Below, in pieces: positions 9,970-21,484 of a DNA stretch of 32,663 nucleotides (the stretch's first letter is position 1; each line of letters starts with the position of its first letter). This stretch comes from Sphaeroforma arctica JP610 (Eukaryota): contig NW_014040127.1 of NCBI RefSeq assembly GCF_001186125.1, forward strand, positions 1-32,663. The letters are read 5' to 3'. The notes below the pieces were generated by a model, which saw only the letters and a program-made list of their open reading frames with translations, did not search any database and had not been told where the DNA came from. A program made the position numbers and the translations under genes.

Positions 9970-12109
9970 TTAACAAATATTTGACTGCTTAGTAGAAATT
10001 TTCTTCTCTGAGTCGCCTAACTCGAACTGTAGCTGGTTGGTGGAAGTCTTCTTCTCGGCGCTTCCTAATTCGAGCTGAATAGTTGTTTCTACAGGATCTG
10101 CTTCAGTACGGAAGTCTTTGGCCACAAACTGGTTCGACACCCACAAATAGATTGGGATCCCGCAGAGAGCGAATCCGGCACCCAAATAATAGAAATACTC
10201 TGTAGAAAAAAAGGGGAAATATGTCTAAATAAGTTGATGTGTACGGCTTGAATTCATGGTTTCGTGCAAAAATTCTCATTAATATCAGATATGAAAGTTA
10301 CAATTGTCCTGGAAATAAAATTATAGAGCGCACCACAAACTTACCGATATGCCCGTCGTTCAGGTTGTCCGGATACAAGCCTTGCATAGCCGTTGTGAAT
10401 GCCGATGTGAATGCACTTGACAATGAACCACCAATCAGAAGATTAAACGCCATGGCTACGGAGCGACCAGATTTGGGAGTCTGATCATAGCTGAAATAAT
10501 ACAGCTGAGGCAGCACCATGATCTCTCCCATACCGATGAGTGCAAAAGGAATAAATATTAAGAACGCTGAGATATCTGACATCTGCATCCCTTCTCCTGT
10601 GAGAGGATTTTTTGGCGAGCAATCCGATGTGTTCGCTAATACTGGCGCCGCTCGGCGCGCGTATTCCAATCCAGCCGCAATGAACATAGCTATGCTCGTG
10701 ATAATTAATCCGCTCACAAGCTTTTGATTGCGTGTCACAGGTGATCCCTTTCTTCTCTCTACAAATGGATATAAAAATTTCTCCCAGATGGGTGTACAAA
10801 TAATTATGGAGAAACAGTCGCCGATGTTGAAGAAAGAACCGTTGATTTGCGAAGATCCGACCATAAGATCCATTTGACAAGCTTGGGACATCATCACACC
10901 CATCATACAATTATACGAGATTTGAAATGATATGTTGCCGATCACGATAGTAGGAACCGTATCTAAAAATGCCTGTGCATCAACCCTGGAAAAGTATTGG
11001 CTTTTGTGATCTGGACACCCGTCCAAATGTGAGTTATTCAGATGACATGTAGTCAGTAGAAAAGTTGTCACGAACGCTGTAGCTAAAGCAATGTAGCCGA
11101 CGACCTTGCCTGTAGTACCGGGGATGAATGCTTGAGCAAGCGCTAACCCAAGAGTAACGAATAGTAAAACCCAACCAACTGCGGATCCCAAACCTTTGAG
11201 CGACCTTGTTTCTGCCCCGAATGCTCCGTTATATATGTAGTGAATTAAACCTCTCAGTGCGTCTCCTCCTGGCGGTTTCATGGTGTATCTGGTTGTGCCG
11301 GCAAAGAAAAATAGAACTGCGAAAACCATAATGCCTGCGGCTATACAATATGCAGCAAAGAATCCATATTCTTGAGGAATGGATGGTTCCTGACCGCTTG
11401 TTGCGAGTGTAACTAAGTAGCCGAAAGCTACGGCGGCGCCAATATTAATACACCAGTAAAAGTACGCGAAGAAGGACTCTTGTTCGCGGGCTTCGCCAGG
11501 TATATCGTACTGATCAGCACCGAAATTGTTGATATTCGGCTTAATCCCACCAGTTCCAATAGCAATAAGTGCAAGCGTTCCGAACAAATAGAGACCATCA
11601 TTCATGATTGTAGGGTAGGCTGCTACTGCGGTTACAAACGTACCGCACAGATATATGCTTGCAAAAAGAGCGATTGTCTTGTAGCGACCGAGAACGCTGT
11701 CTGCAATCCAACCACCGGCAAGAGGTGTTACGTAGCACAGCAGAGTAAACGCGCTGTTGATACTAGTCGACTGGAAATTAGAGTATCCTGTGTTTTCAAG
11801 GAAATTTCGTTGAGAGCCCGCAATGGTGTAGTACGTCAGGCGCTCACACATCTCAACCAACAATATGAACACACAAACCCGCCATAGTGTTTGTTTGTAC
11901 CAAGGAAGTGCTTCTTTCATCTCTTGCAGGTCGCATTCATCGATGATTTCAGATGTACCGTTGCCAGTATAAGCACTGGTGGTGGCAGCGACACTGATGT
12001 CTCCTTTGATCTTGGTCTGTACGCAGCTAGGAAGTACTTCCGAGCCGTACTCGTGGGTTGTACTAGACACCGACTTGCGTTTGTGCTCTGTATTATCCAA
12101 CTGCGTCAT
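9970..12109 (-). CDS. Proton-dependent oligopeptide transporter (POT/PTR2/SLC15 family), about 664 aa
   Basis: Exons 12109-10345 and 10199-9970; the intron is G|GTAAGT...TTCTACAG, phase 1. Motifs EMCERLTYY (ExxER), GGWIADSVLGRYKTI, GTGGIKPN and FFAYFYWCINIGA, with many hydrophobic TM segments. Confidence 0.95.
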
Positions 12110-14991
12110 GGTGTCTGACTTAAAATGAAATTATTGTAGTGTTGTATTTGAAACTGAAAACACAGCTATATATACAAAGCCAACAGAGCATCGTAGCTCT
12201 ATACACGAGGAATGCCGAAGTCATTTTACACTCGGACAGGGGAGGGTGGGGGAGGGTTTTTAGTTCACGAGTGGCATGATGGCGTAAAAGGTCACTTTAT
12301 ATCAACTTAAATTCTCATTTAAAGTTTTACTAAACGGGATACCCTGCTGGCATCCCACATGAATATTTGCGTTCAGGGGGCAAGGTCATTGGCCATGAAG
12401 CGAGGTTACCACTGTATCAAGCTGGCCTCTGCTGGTAAACGACGGTATTTACATCGACACAAATAGAAAATTATATTTATCTGGCTTTTTGAAATTGGTT
12501 TTGTTTTTTGGTTCTTTTTAAAAACAAAGCACCAAAAAAACAAAAAAGACGGACAAACAAATCAGAATGTATTTAAAAAAAATGAATTGTAAAAAAACCC
12601 TCAGGAGTCCTGGAAAGCGACTATTTTTTTAACAAAACAATTCAATGTCAAAGTATTTTAATTTATTCATGTGTAAAGAAATGTTTTTTTCTTCTTTTTT
12701 TATAAAAACAAGATATAACTCTTATCCGTTATCGTCTATTTATATATTTTTTAATAAAATAAACAATATTCAAATATGAAATGACTGGGGGCTAATGGCC
12801 AAGGGGAATTGGGATCTGGGGACTGGGCCCTGGCCCCTGGCCCTGGGGATACATATTTTTGAAACAAATATTTACATGTGGAAGTTATTTAGGATAAATC
12901 TGGATACATTACAAACACATAAATATGAACATACATAGCCTTCTGGAAAATTTATCTCACTGGATACGAACGCATAGCCTTATTAAAAAAAAAATCAGTA
13001 TTTCAGACGGCTATTTACAATTTTACATATGATGAGACTCAGACAGCGCGAGTGAAGACACTGTGAAACAGACAAGAGTCTATGACAAGCACAGCTGTAA
13101 AAATTAAAAAAAATTAGTAAACACAGATACACTGTGACAAACGTCAGTTTCAATTATTTTAAAACATTTTACTCATACTGAATCAGGAGTCTCCGTTGGT
13201 CCTAATATAGTAAATATAGTGATATAATAGTTATTACTATTATGTATATACTCTACTCTCTTTCTCTAGACTCGAGGGTACCTGAGGGCCAAGAGTCAGT
13301 CGGATCTACCTCGGAGCAGATAACAATATTTATTTACTTTTTACCTTTTTTTGAACAACTCGCGGATTTTTTAATCGACTCCGATTATTTATTGGTTGAA
13401 TAAAGTACAATTTTAACCTTAGGAGTTGTGCGTGAGTTGTGTTGTCACTGTTGAGTATATATAAATACTTATTTAGTTGTGACTCGTCACTTGTGACTTG
13501 TATGTTGTGAAGTTGTGCGTGTGATACTGAGTTTTCTAATTTATCATATAATTATTTAGTCTGTACATACATACTGTCTGACAACTCTTCTTGTTGACAC
13601 ACACACAAACACTAAATAAAAAAAGAAGAGAGAGAAGGGTGACAGGCGACAGCTGCCTCTTGATGGTTGCACCGCTGCAGAGCAGTGCAGGACTGCAGGC
13701 TGTTGCCTTCTCTCCTTCAGCCGTTCGGCTTTCGCCCTTCTGACCTTCTCAGTTCTCACTCACCGAATCTCTCTTGTGTGTGTGTGATTTATTAAATTAT
13801 AGCCAGTGTCACTCACTCATCAGACTCGAGAGTGTATTGCCAGTCTGACTGTGAGTGTGCCACTGTGTTAGTGAACTGTGGAGTGTGGAGTGGGGAGTGT
13901 GGTGAGTGGTGACTGGGGTAAGTGTTCAACTGTTTTTAGGGTTTATCGCTCGGGAGTCGGGAGTCTCTCCCGGGTAGCTCATATTTAAAAATAGATATGA
14001 CTCTGGCAGACACCCTGAAAATATTTATAGTTCTCTATCTGGTCCCAGAGGCTCATCGGAGTCTCAACTCTAACCCTCTTGTAGAAATATTGATAAATAA
14101 TTAATGGTTCTCTGGACAAAAGGCAAATCAGACAAATGACAATTTTCCCTTGTACAAACAGTTATTTATTTTTTAAATACACAGAGATCTTGCTGTTTGC
14201 CGAATTTGCTTTCGACTATGTATGTGGACATTTCCAGAGGGCCGTGATTACCAATTTGCATAGCATTCTAAAAAAAACAGTATCTGACTGTGTATGTATG
14301 CATAATAAATATTTCCGTCATGTGCCGATAAATAGCTGGGTTGGTAATCGATAAACGACATGTAGGACAGGTCGTTTTGTTCTATTTGGTTGCACCGATT
14401 ATGCAGCTGTCAGCGGACTTGACTACACTAGGTGGCGACTGACAGTCGTCACGAGATGTATGATGATGAGAAAGTGAGAGAGAGGCTCTCTATTCAGTGT
14501 CTATAGTGTAGTCTGAGCGAGCGAGAGTGAGTGAGTGAGTGAGTGAGTGAGAGGAGTCAATTATTTAGACATTTTCTCTTTAGCTATTGTAGACTCTCCC
14601 TCTCAACAATTTTAATTATTTAAAAGAACGTCGCGACATCTTGCGTATCGTTCAAAGACTGTGACGTTTTTCGTTTACCCCCCAGAGAGTTGTAAGAGGT
14701 CATGTAGGCTGTATTTTCTTATTATGCCTGTAGCCGGTAGCCTGAGGGCTGAAGCTGAGAGTCTGATTGCTGGATTTTCTCTTTACATATATCTACATAC
14801 TATATAGTAGAGAGTAGGGGCTCTCTACTATTTGTAGTTATTAGTAGAGGCTAGAGAGAGAGAGAGAGAAAGTCTGGTGGACCGGGGGATCTAGACTTTG
14901 GAGGTCTGGACTTTGAACTTCATCCAGATCGCTTGCTGTTAAAACCAATTTAGCAGTGCTCGCAGGCCAAATTCGGAACATAAGTATTATC

Positions 14992-14997
14992 ATATAC

Positions 14998-15053
<56 letters not shown>

Positions 15054-15190
15054 GTATATTATATATATACATATAATATATATGTATATGTATATATATA
15101 TATAATATATATATACTATATATATATGTATGTATGCATGCATGTATGTATGTATGTATGTATGTCTGTATGTATATATATATGTATGTA
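14992..15190. repeat. (TA)n/(TATG)n microsatellite downstream of RRP9
   Basis: Read directly from the sequence. Confidence 0.95.
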
Positions 15191-15340
15191 TTATTTCCTT
15201 TAGAAAATCGCTTTGCACAGCTGTTCAGCTGAGCTGGGCGCCACACGAAGTGTAACCGAGCAAATGCTACGAACTTGTAAGTTTATGTCCGCATCCAAAT
15301 TTATATTGACCATTAAATTGTATACCTCTATTGCATTTTA

Positions 15341-18300
15341 TTATGAGCATTGCGCTACTACTTCTGTTGCTTCGCTGTCACTTGTAGATTCGTCTTGTGC
15401 AAGAAAATCGATGACTACTGCTCCATTCCTGGCCTTCTTGTTTCGCTCCCATCGTCCTAATCTGTGTTCTTGCCCTATTCCCGCTACTAAGTATCGCCCG
15501 GATTTTGAAAATGTCAACGAATTGATGTATCCCTCCTGAGTAGAAAAGCAATACAAAACGGGTTACCACCACAGTCACGCCTATACAGCGGCACTGTTCG
15601 ATTACGAATCAGCCACTTCAAATTTGGGATCAGATTCGTACGAGCTTGCGCAATTATTGAGAATGCGAAACACACCATGATATAATAATCGTGTATAACA
15701 CTACGAATATGTTGTAAATTTGTTGGTGTCCGTGAAAACGCACAAGACATCATAACTCAACATACCACAGCAATCTCGTTGATGCATGTCAGGCTCTTAT
15801 CTTCGTTCAAACGCCATAGCTTCACAAAGCCCGTGTTCGATCCCGATGCGATAAGATCCGTAAACGGCATACACGCGAGCGCGGTAACCCAAGGTAGACT
15901 TAATATGGTACCTTGGCTTGTGCTAGTGATCCCGTCATTGTGCGGTTTCCTCGAGGTGTCATTCACAGGTGATGTGCCGTTCTTTTTGGGTTGTGCTTGT
16001 GCATTGCTGGCTTCATCTTCCGAGTCTGAGTCTGTTTGCTCTCCCTAAAAAAAACAATGATGTGATGTGCCATATGGATAAGAAAAACAAACAAACAGAA
16101 TTCGGGGTTTTGCTTGTGCCAGAACGTGCATCCTGCGACTGGCCAGGTGTTTCCCAATGTTTTAGATACATGACATCATGAGTCACATGAAGTAACTGGA
16201 TAACTACAATGCGTCATGTGTTGCGCCTGATCATCTCCTGTCGCAACACAACTTGAAAGTCATTCAATCAAATAAAAGAAAAGGTGAATTACGAGTCGCG
16301 GGCCACCCCACTTATGAGAGTATCAAGTATCAAACTTATAAGATTTATGCACATAATAGAGTTCCGTATATTCTCACCATAGTCCAAATAGGGCGTTATC
16401 GGCTACCAGACAACTTTTTATTTGACCAAAACAATATGGAATGTATACATTTCGCATCTAGAAGACCACAAAAGTGTTCGTTGCAGCTCAATGTATAATC
16501 TATGAATGAACACATCAGCTCCTACGACAAAATCGCTATGCATCATTAGATAGAGTACGTCCAATATACATACCAAGACCACACATGTAAGATCGGACTC
16601 CCCACGAAGATTGACAATATATCAAGTCTTGGATGCTACAAGTTGTCACAATATGGAAAAACATGTGATGATATCCTCTGCTTCTTGATTATCTTCAGAT
16701 GTGGAAGCGTCCCAGAATAGTGAAGCAGAGTGGTTGAGGCTAACTTCATATCAGATAGTACACACAATTCTCAAGCCAAAGACCTACCTCAGGTATGTTC
16801 ATGCCCATGGCATGTGCCTGTAAGACAGCGCTCGTGGGCTTCTTCTTGAAAACACTCCAGACATTAATGGTACCATCCTCACCCCCCGTGCACCAAATGT
16901 TCTCGTTCACCATGCATATCGATTCTGTGTTGCCGCGGTGACCATTGAACACCAGTTGCGACTCTTCAACAATCTTCCATAAACGGCATGTTCGATCGCG
17001 TCCCCCTACGCTTACGCATCTATATTTAGGGATATATTAGTGCATGAATAAAGATGCTACGCGCTTGATCAGAAATTCTGTGTGGCTGCACAATTAATGT
17101 CGCTAAAACAATACAGCTGATATCACAAAGATGTGTGGTACTCTATCCAATTTTTCGTTGCACCTTAAACGTGATACATCGAGTTTAAGGCAGCATGTAC
17201 AATGGGAAAGACTTGTCACCAAATGGGAAGTATGTGTCAATATGTATAGCTGCCCAATACTGAGAGAACACATACGCATACATAAATATATATATATATA
17301 CATATAATATATATTCTATATACTTAGTTTGACGGCATACCTCTCCCGTGTTAAGCTATCAATGGCAGTAAGCCCATCCTGATGTCCAAACAGGGTCTCA
17401 ATGTAAGCCATCTCATCCAGGTCCCAAATCTGTGAGAAACAGTATGCTTCCATGAGCTATCGTTGTACTTGAACAGTATGTGTAGTCAACTATTCAACAA
17501 CTGGGCAATACGGGATCATCACTTACGTATCACAAGTAGCCGTCCGACATACATCCCAAATAACCTCTGCACATTACAGTACATCTGCCGCATTTCAGGG
17601 AGCGCCAATAAGTACAATACATTCAATATCCCCTTGCATGAATACAATGTAGATAGAATGATTCACCATATCAAAAAACAAATACATGTTGATAAAATCA
17701 CAGTAGATATACAACAGACAAAGAGGCGCATAGATCGCCACGGACAGTCCCGCATGGTATGGCGCCTAACTTAGAAACAAATAACGATAGAAGCATCGAA
17801 AAATGAAATACGAGTAGTACAAACACAACGGAAGGTCAAGATGTGCTGGCCAATACGGACAGTCCCAACGATTTCTACAACGCTTATAAAATCTATCTAC
17901 CTGAATAAAAGTGTTTACATATCCTTCTCCCGGTAAAATTTAAGGTATATATACAGGGCTGAATAAGCAACAGTCTACATCATTTCAGCAAAACTCCTAC
18001 CTTTAACGTTCTATCGAGCGAACCACTGTACAGTGTGTGCGTATTCCGTCTGAAGACCAGTGACGTGATAGCATCTCTGTGTCCCGATAGGGATTTGATG
18101 TGTGCGAGTGTGTCGGCGTTCCAGATTTCCACTGTTTCTTCACCACCCGCTGTAGCCTGAGAAGTGTGGGCACAATATGAGAGAGAATTCTTAGCGGTGT
18201 ATGACACAGATGTGCACACACTAAGGTCTAATTCTGTACCTTACGACGTTGGTGTTACATGAAGTTTAGCATGTACCCGGTAATGGATAGGTTAGCATCG

Positions 18301-19979
18301 GGTGACTATAGTGTACGATGCAAGTCCTCTACGGTCTGGTAATCTGTGCAGAATCAATTCCATTGTCAGCACCAACATATATTTCATTTTTTTTCACTTA
18401 TCGCTAAAAATAATAGCGAGCATCCCCAATGCGTGCATATCAGCAATCACTACTTATCATTCACTAGGCAAACATGCATTCTCGTACTAATCTATAGATA
18501 ACTTGACAACAATATGGTTTTCCGTGCAGTCGACGTACCAGGTATTTGCCATCGGCAGTAACCGCCACAGCCATTATGGGAGTCCTATGCCCTAGCACTG
18601 AATCCGGCGCGTCATTACTGACGCCCTTAATAGTACCTAATCGCTTACCGTCCTCCACTCTCCATTTAATTATATTGCAATCCTTCGACACGGTATATAA
18701 GTACTTTTCGTCTCCTGACATGGCAACACAAGTCACACTCAGGTTGTGTCCTCGGACGCGTTTTATGAGCGATTGTGTGATGGTGTGTGTGCGCGTGTCG
18801 GCTATCACGGCATCCTTGAGGTTTGCTTTGTCGCTGTGCTCTTTTCTGAGCTTGTTGCCGACCACATCCGTATCTGAATCATCTGATGATAAGAAAAAAC
18901 GGGTGAACAAAAACAGGTTAAAAGTGGCTCATAGATATACTATCGGTCTACAATTTGGGATCGTCAATAACCACGCTCATCACCTTGAAGACACGGCAGT
19001 GATAGAATTTACTGCTTCATTGCCCATCACGCGGTATAGACCAGAAGTAAGAACAGCCAATCTACGAATATAGTACAAATATGAACAGTAAAGAGTTATA
19101 TTATATATCACAGCCATGTGCAATCGATTTCGACGAAGAGCGCCTAACATAGTTACCGATATCCGACAATAAAGACTCCCACCAGTTCCATCAAATATAT
19201 ATCGGGAGAACATAAAATATACACAGACACACTCGCAGACACACTTTATATATATATATATATATATATAAATATATATATAATGTGTGTGGTTATATTT
19301 TTGTGTATACATACTGATTCATGTATACATGCATATATTCGTAAATAAGGACATATATTTATATGTATACGTATAAACATACATAAATACGTATATATAT
19401 ATTTATATATATATTTGTATACATAAATATGTATATGAATATATATACATATATATGTTTATATATATATATATATATTTATCATATATATATATATTAA
19501 AATACTACGGGTATGTGGAGGTGTGGGTCAGTGGGTGTGTCTATATTTGTATCAGTATATATATATAAATATAAATATAAATATATGTATAAATCTATAT
19601 TTATATACATATGTATATATATGGATATATGTAAATTGGTGTACGTATATATATATACATATAAATGCGTGCACGTATATATATATGGACTCTATATATA
19701 CGTCTGTAATTGTGTGTGTATGTGTGAACTCATATGCGTTTGTGTGTGTATGCATATGTGCGTGTTTGCACGTATGTGTGCGTATAACTCTGTGTATGTG
19801 TATGTATTCAGGTATACCATCGTATACATATATAAATTGATGTCTTTGTGCCTATTTGTGTGCATATGTGAGTGTGCGTGTGCGTATATATAAGTGCGTG
19901 GATGTGTGTCCGTATGCGTGTGTAACATAAATAAGTATTTACAAACACAAACACACACACATATATATATATATATATA

Positions 19980-20060
<81 letters not shown>

Positions 20061-20613
20061 ATATAATGGATATATATATAGATTAGGAATTTATATATAT
20101 ATATTTATATATAGATAATTAATATATATATATATATATATTTATATATATGCGTGGGCACTCACGTGTGTGATATGCATATGCGCATGCATGCAGATTG
20201 ACATACACAAACACCCAACTGCCAAAGTGTGAATTAAGTATATACATATAGACATCTCGCGTGCTACCTTCACTTCCGTCCCGTTCGGCGTCCTCCATTT
20301 GCTTCAGCTCTAATAAATACTCCTTGGCTAATCGTACACGTTTCTCAGCCGCGCTTTCTTTATCCTCCTTCTCTTGCTCGTCATCGCTGAGTGTATTGCT
20401 GCCAAACCCCTGATCAGCGTTTAGATTGTCTTCTACATCGGATATAATGATATCATCGTCATCGTTGTGCTTGCGCTTATTATTGCTATTTATATTTGTA
20501 TTTGCACTTGTATTTGCACTGGACTGTGTGCTCACTTTGAACCCTTTATTTTTTCCACCCCCTTTTTCCCGGGGTTTACTGGAGTTATCGATCTGAAAAA
20601 ACGGATCATTCAT
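15341..20613 (-). CDS. RRP9: U3 snoRNP WD40 protein Rrp9/U3-55K, about 546 aa
   Basis: Exons 20613-20268, 18882-18539, 18156-18001, 17429-17341, 17019-16788, 16044-15766 and 15535-15341. All introns are GT-AG and phase-consistent (1641 nt total). Motifs: MNDPFF, ESAAEKRVRLAKEYL, WD40 repeats, AYIETLFGHQD, GRDRTCRLWKIVEESQLVF, KKKP and GQEHRLGRW. Confidence 0.95.
16583..16735 (-). ncRNA. Candidate intronic box H/ACA snoRNA (putative guide for 18S rRNA pseudouridylation)
   Basis: On the sense strand of RRP9 intron 5. It has a 9-bp lower stem CTCTGCTTC/GAAGCAGAG (16730-16722 / 16684-16676), an upper stem CTTC/GAAG, and pocket strands GGGACG and ATCAA complementary to 18S UUGAU-UA-CGUCCC. H box ATATCA (16674-16669) lies 15 nt from the start of the 3' pocket strand. 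A second hairpin and an ACA (16588-16586, or an earlier ACA near 16645) follow. The 3' end is uncertain. Confidence 0.6.
19230..20150. repeat. Long (TA)n/(TG)n low-complexity tract filling much of RRP9 intron 1
   Basis: Read directly. It explains the spurious YI/CV-rich ORFs. Confidence 0.95.
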
Positions 20614-21484
20614 ATTGATTGTTATTTGATGTATTTAGAATCGAATGTCAAACGTTGGCGTATGTCTGCTTGTTCGATTTGGTTTGGTATTGTATCTTAC
20701 GTGGTTATAAGCCGAGTGTACTGTATTGTGTATGTCAGAATGCACACTATACGATAGACTTATATCGCCTCTGGAATGAAAAACAGTTGATATTATAGCT
20801 ATAGTTTGAGTGCAAATTGTGGTTCATCTAATAGAACATCCTACCAGTGATCTGATAAGAGTGTATTTGCTGCAATATGTACCATACACGTGCCCGATTC
20901 TTTTGATGTCTCTAAAATGTCGCAAATAAACTTTCTCTCCCATGATCATCAATGAGAGCTAGAATTTAAAACAAAAACTTGATTCCGAAACTCGTCGCAA
21001 ATATGAAAGCTGTGGGTTTGGCAAAAAAAAAAGCGCCAAAACTGCAAAATGCTCCTCTAAATATACTCTCAAATCTCCAAAATAAATACTTATGAAATCA
21101 GAATAAAAAACAAGAGACGACTTTTAAGACCATGGCGCTATACTCGATTCTTTCAATAGTATGTGTGTAAACTTAACTTGAACTTGCGTGTATTGTGTTT
21201 GCTTACTGGTAACTTTAACTTGTGTGTATTGTATTTGCATGTTAGTTACCTTAAGGTTATTCGAGCAGTCGCGACGCACATACATTTACAATACATGCTA
21301 AAGAAATACTACACGCTGGCAGACGTGTACTTGATTTCTCTGAATTTTTGCTAGTGGGTCAATCTAACATAAACCTATCAAAAAAGCAATAGAATATACA
21401 CTTATCGAATACATATACCCCAATTAGCTACTACACAGTTGAATAAAACATCAGTTTCTGTTGTCTCTACGAAACACATACATC
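20614..21484. promoter_or_regulatory. Putative bidirectional promoter between divergent RRP9 and RFC2
   Basis: 871 bp separate the two ATGs. The region contains CACGTG (20887-20892), GCGCCAAA (= TTTGGCGC, 21033-21040) and two GTCGCAAATA copies. Confidence 0.6.

Noticed and set aside
11480..12118. Plus-strand ORFs opposite the transporter (and 7698-9485 opposite the lipase, 18546-19073 opposite RRP9)
   Set aside because: They are antisense shadow ORFs with no recognisable motifs.
13556..13759. 67-aa minus-strand ORF in the intergenic block
   Set aside because: It has a non-ATG start, low-complexity content and no motif or supporting splice structure.
14460..14517. ATGATGA...CTGA resembling a box C/D snoRNA
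   Set aside because: It is short (~58 nt), has no clear terminal stem or recognisable rRNA complement, and sits in low-complexity sequence.
17740..17866. ACGGACAGTCCC repeated twice in RRP9 intron 3
   Set aside because: No flanking C/D boxes or extended similarity were seen, so it is probably an old local duplication.
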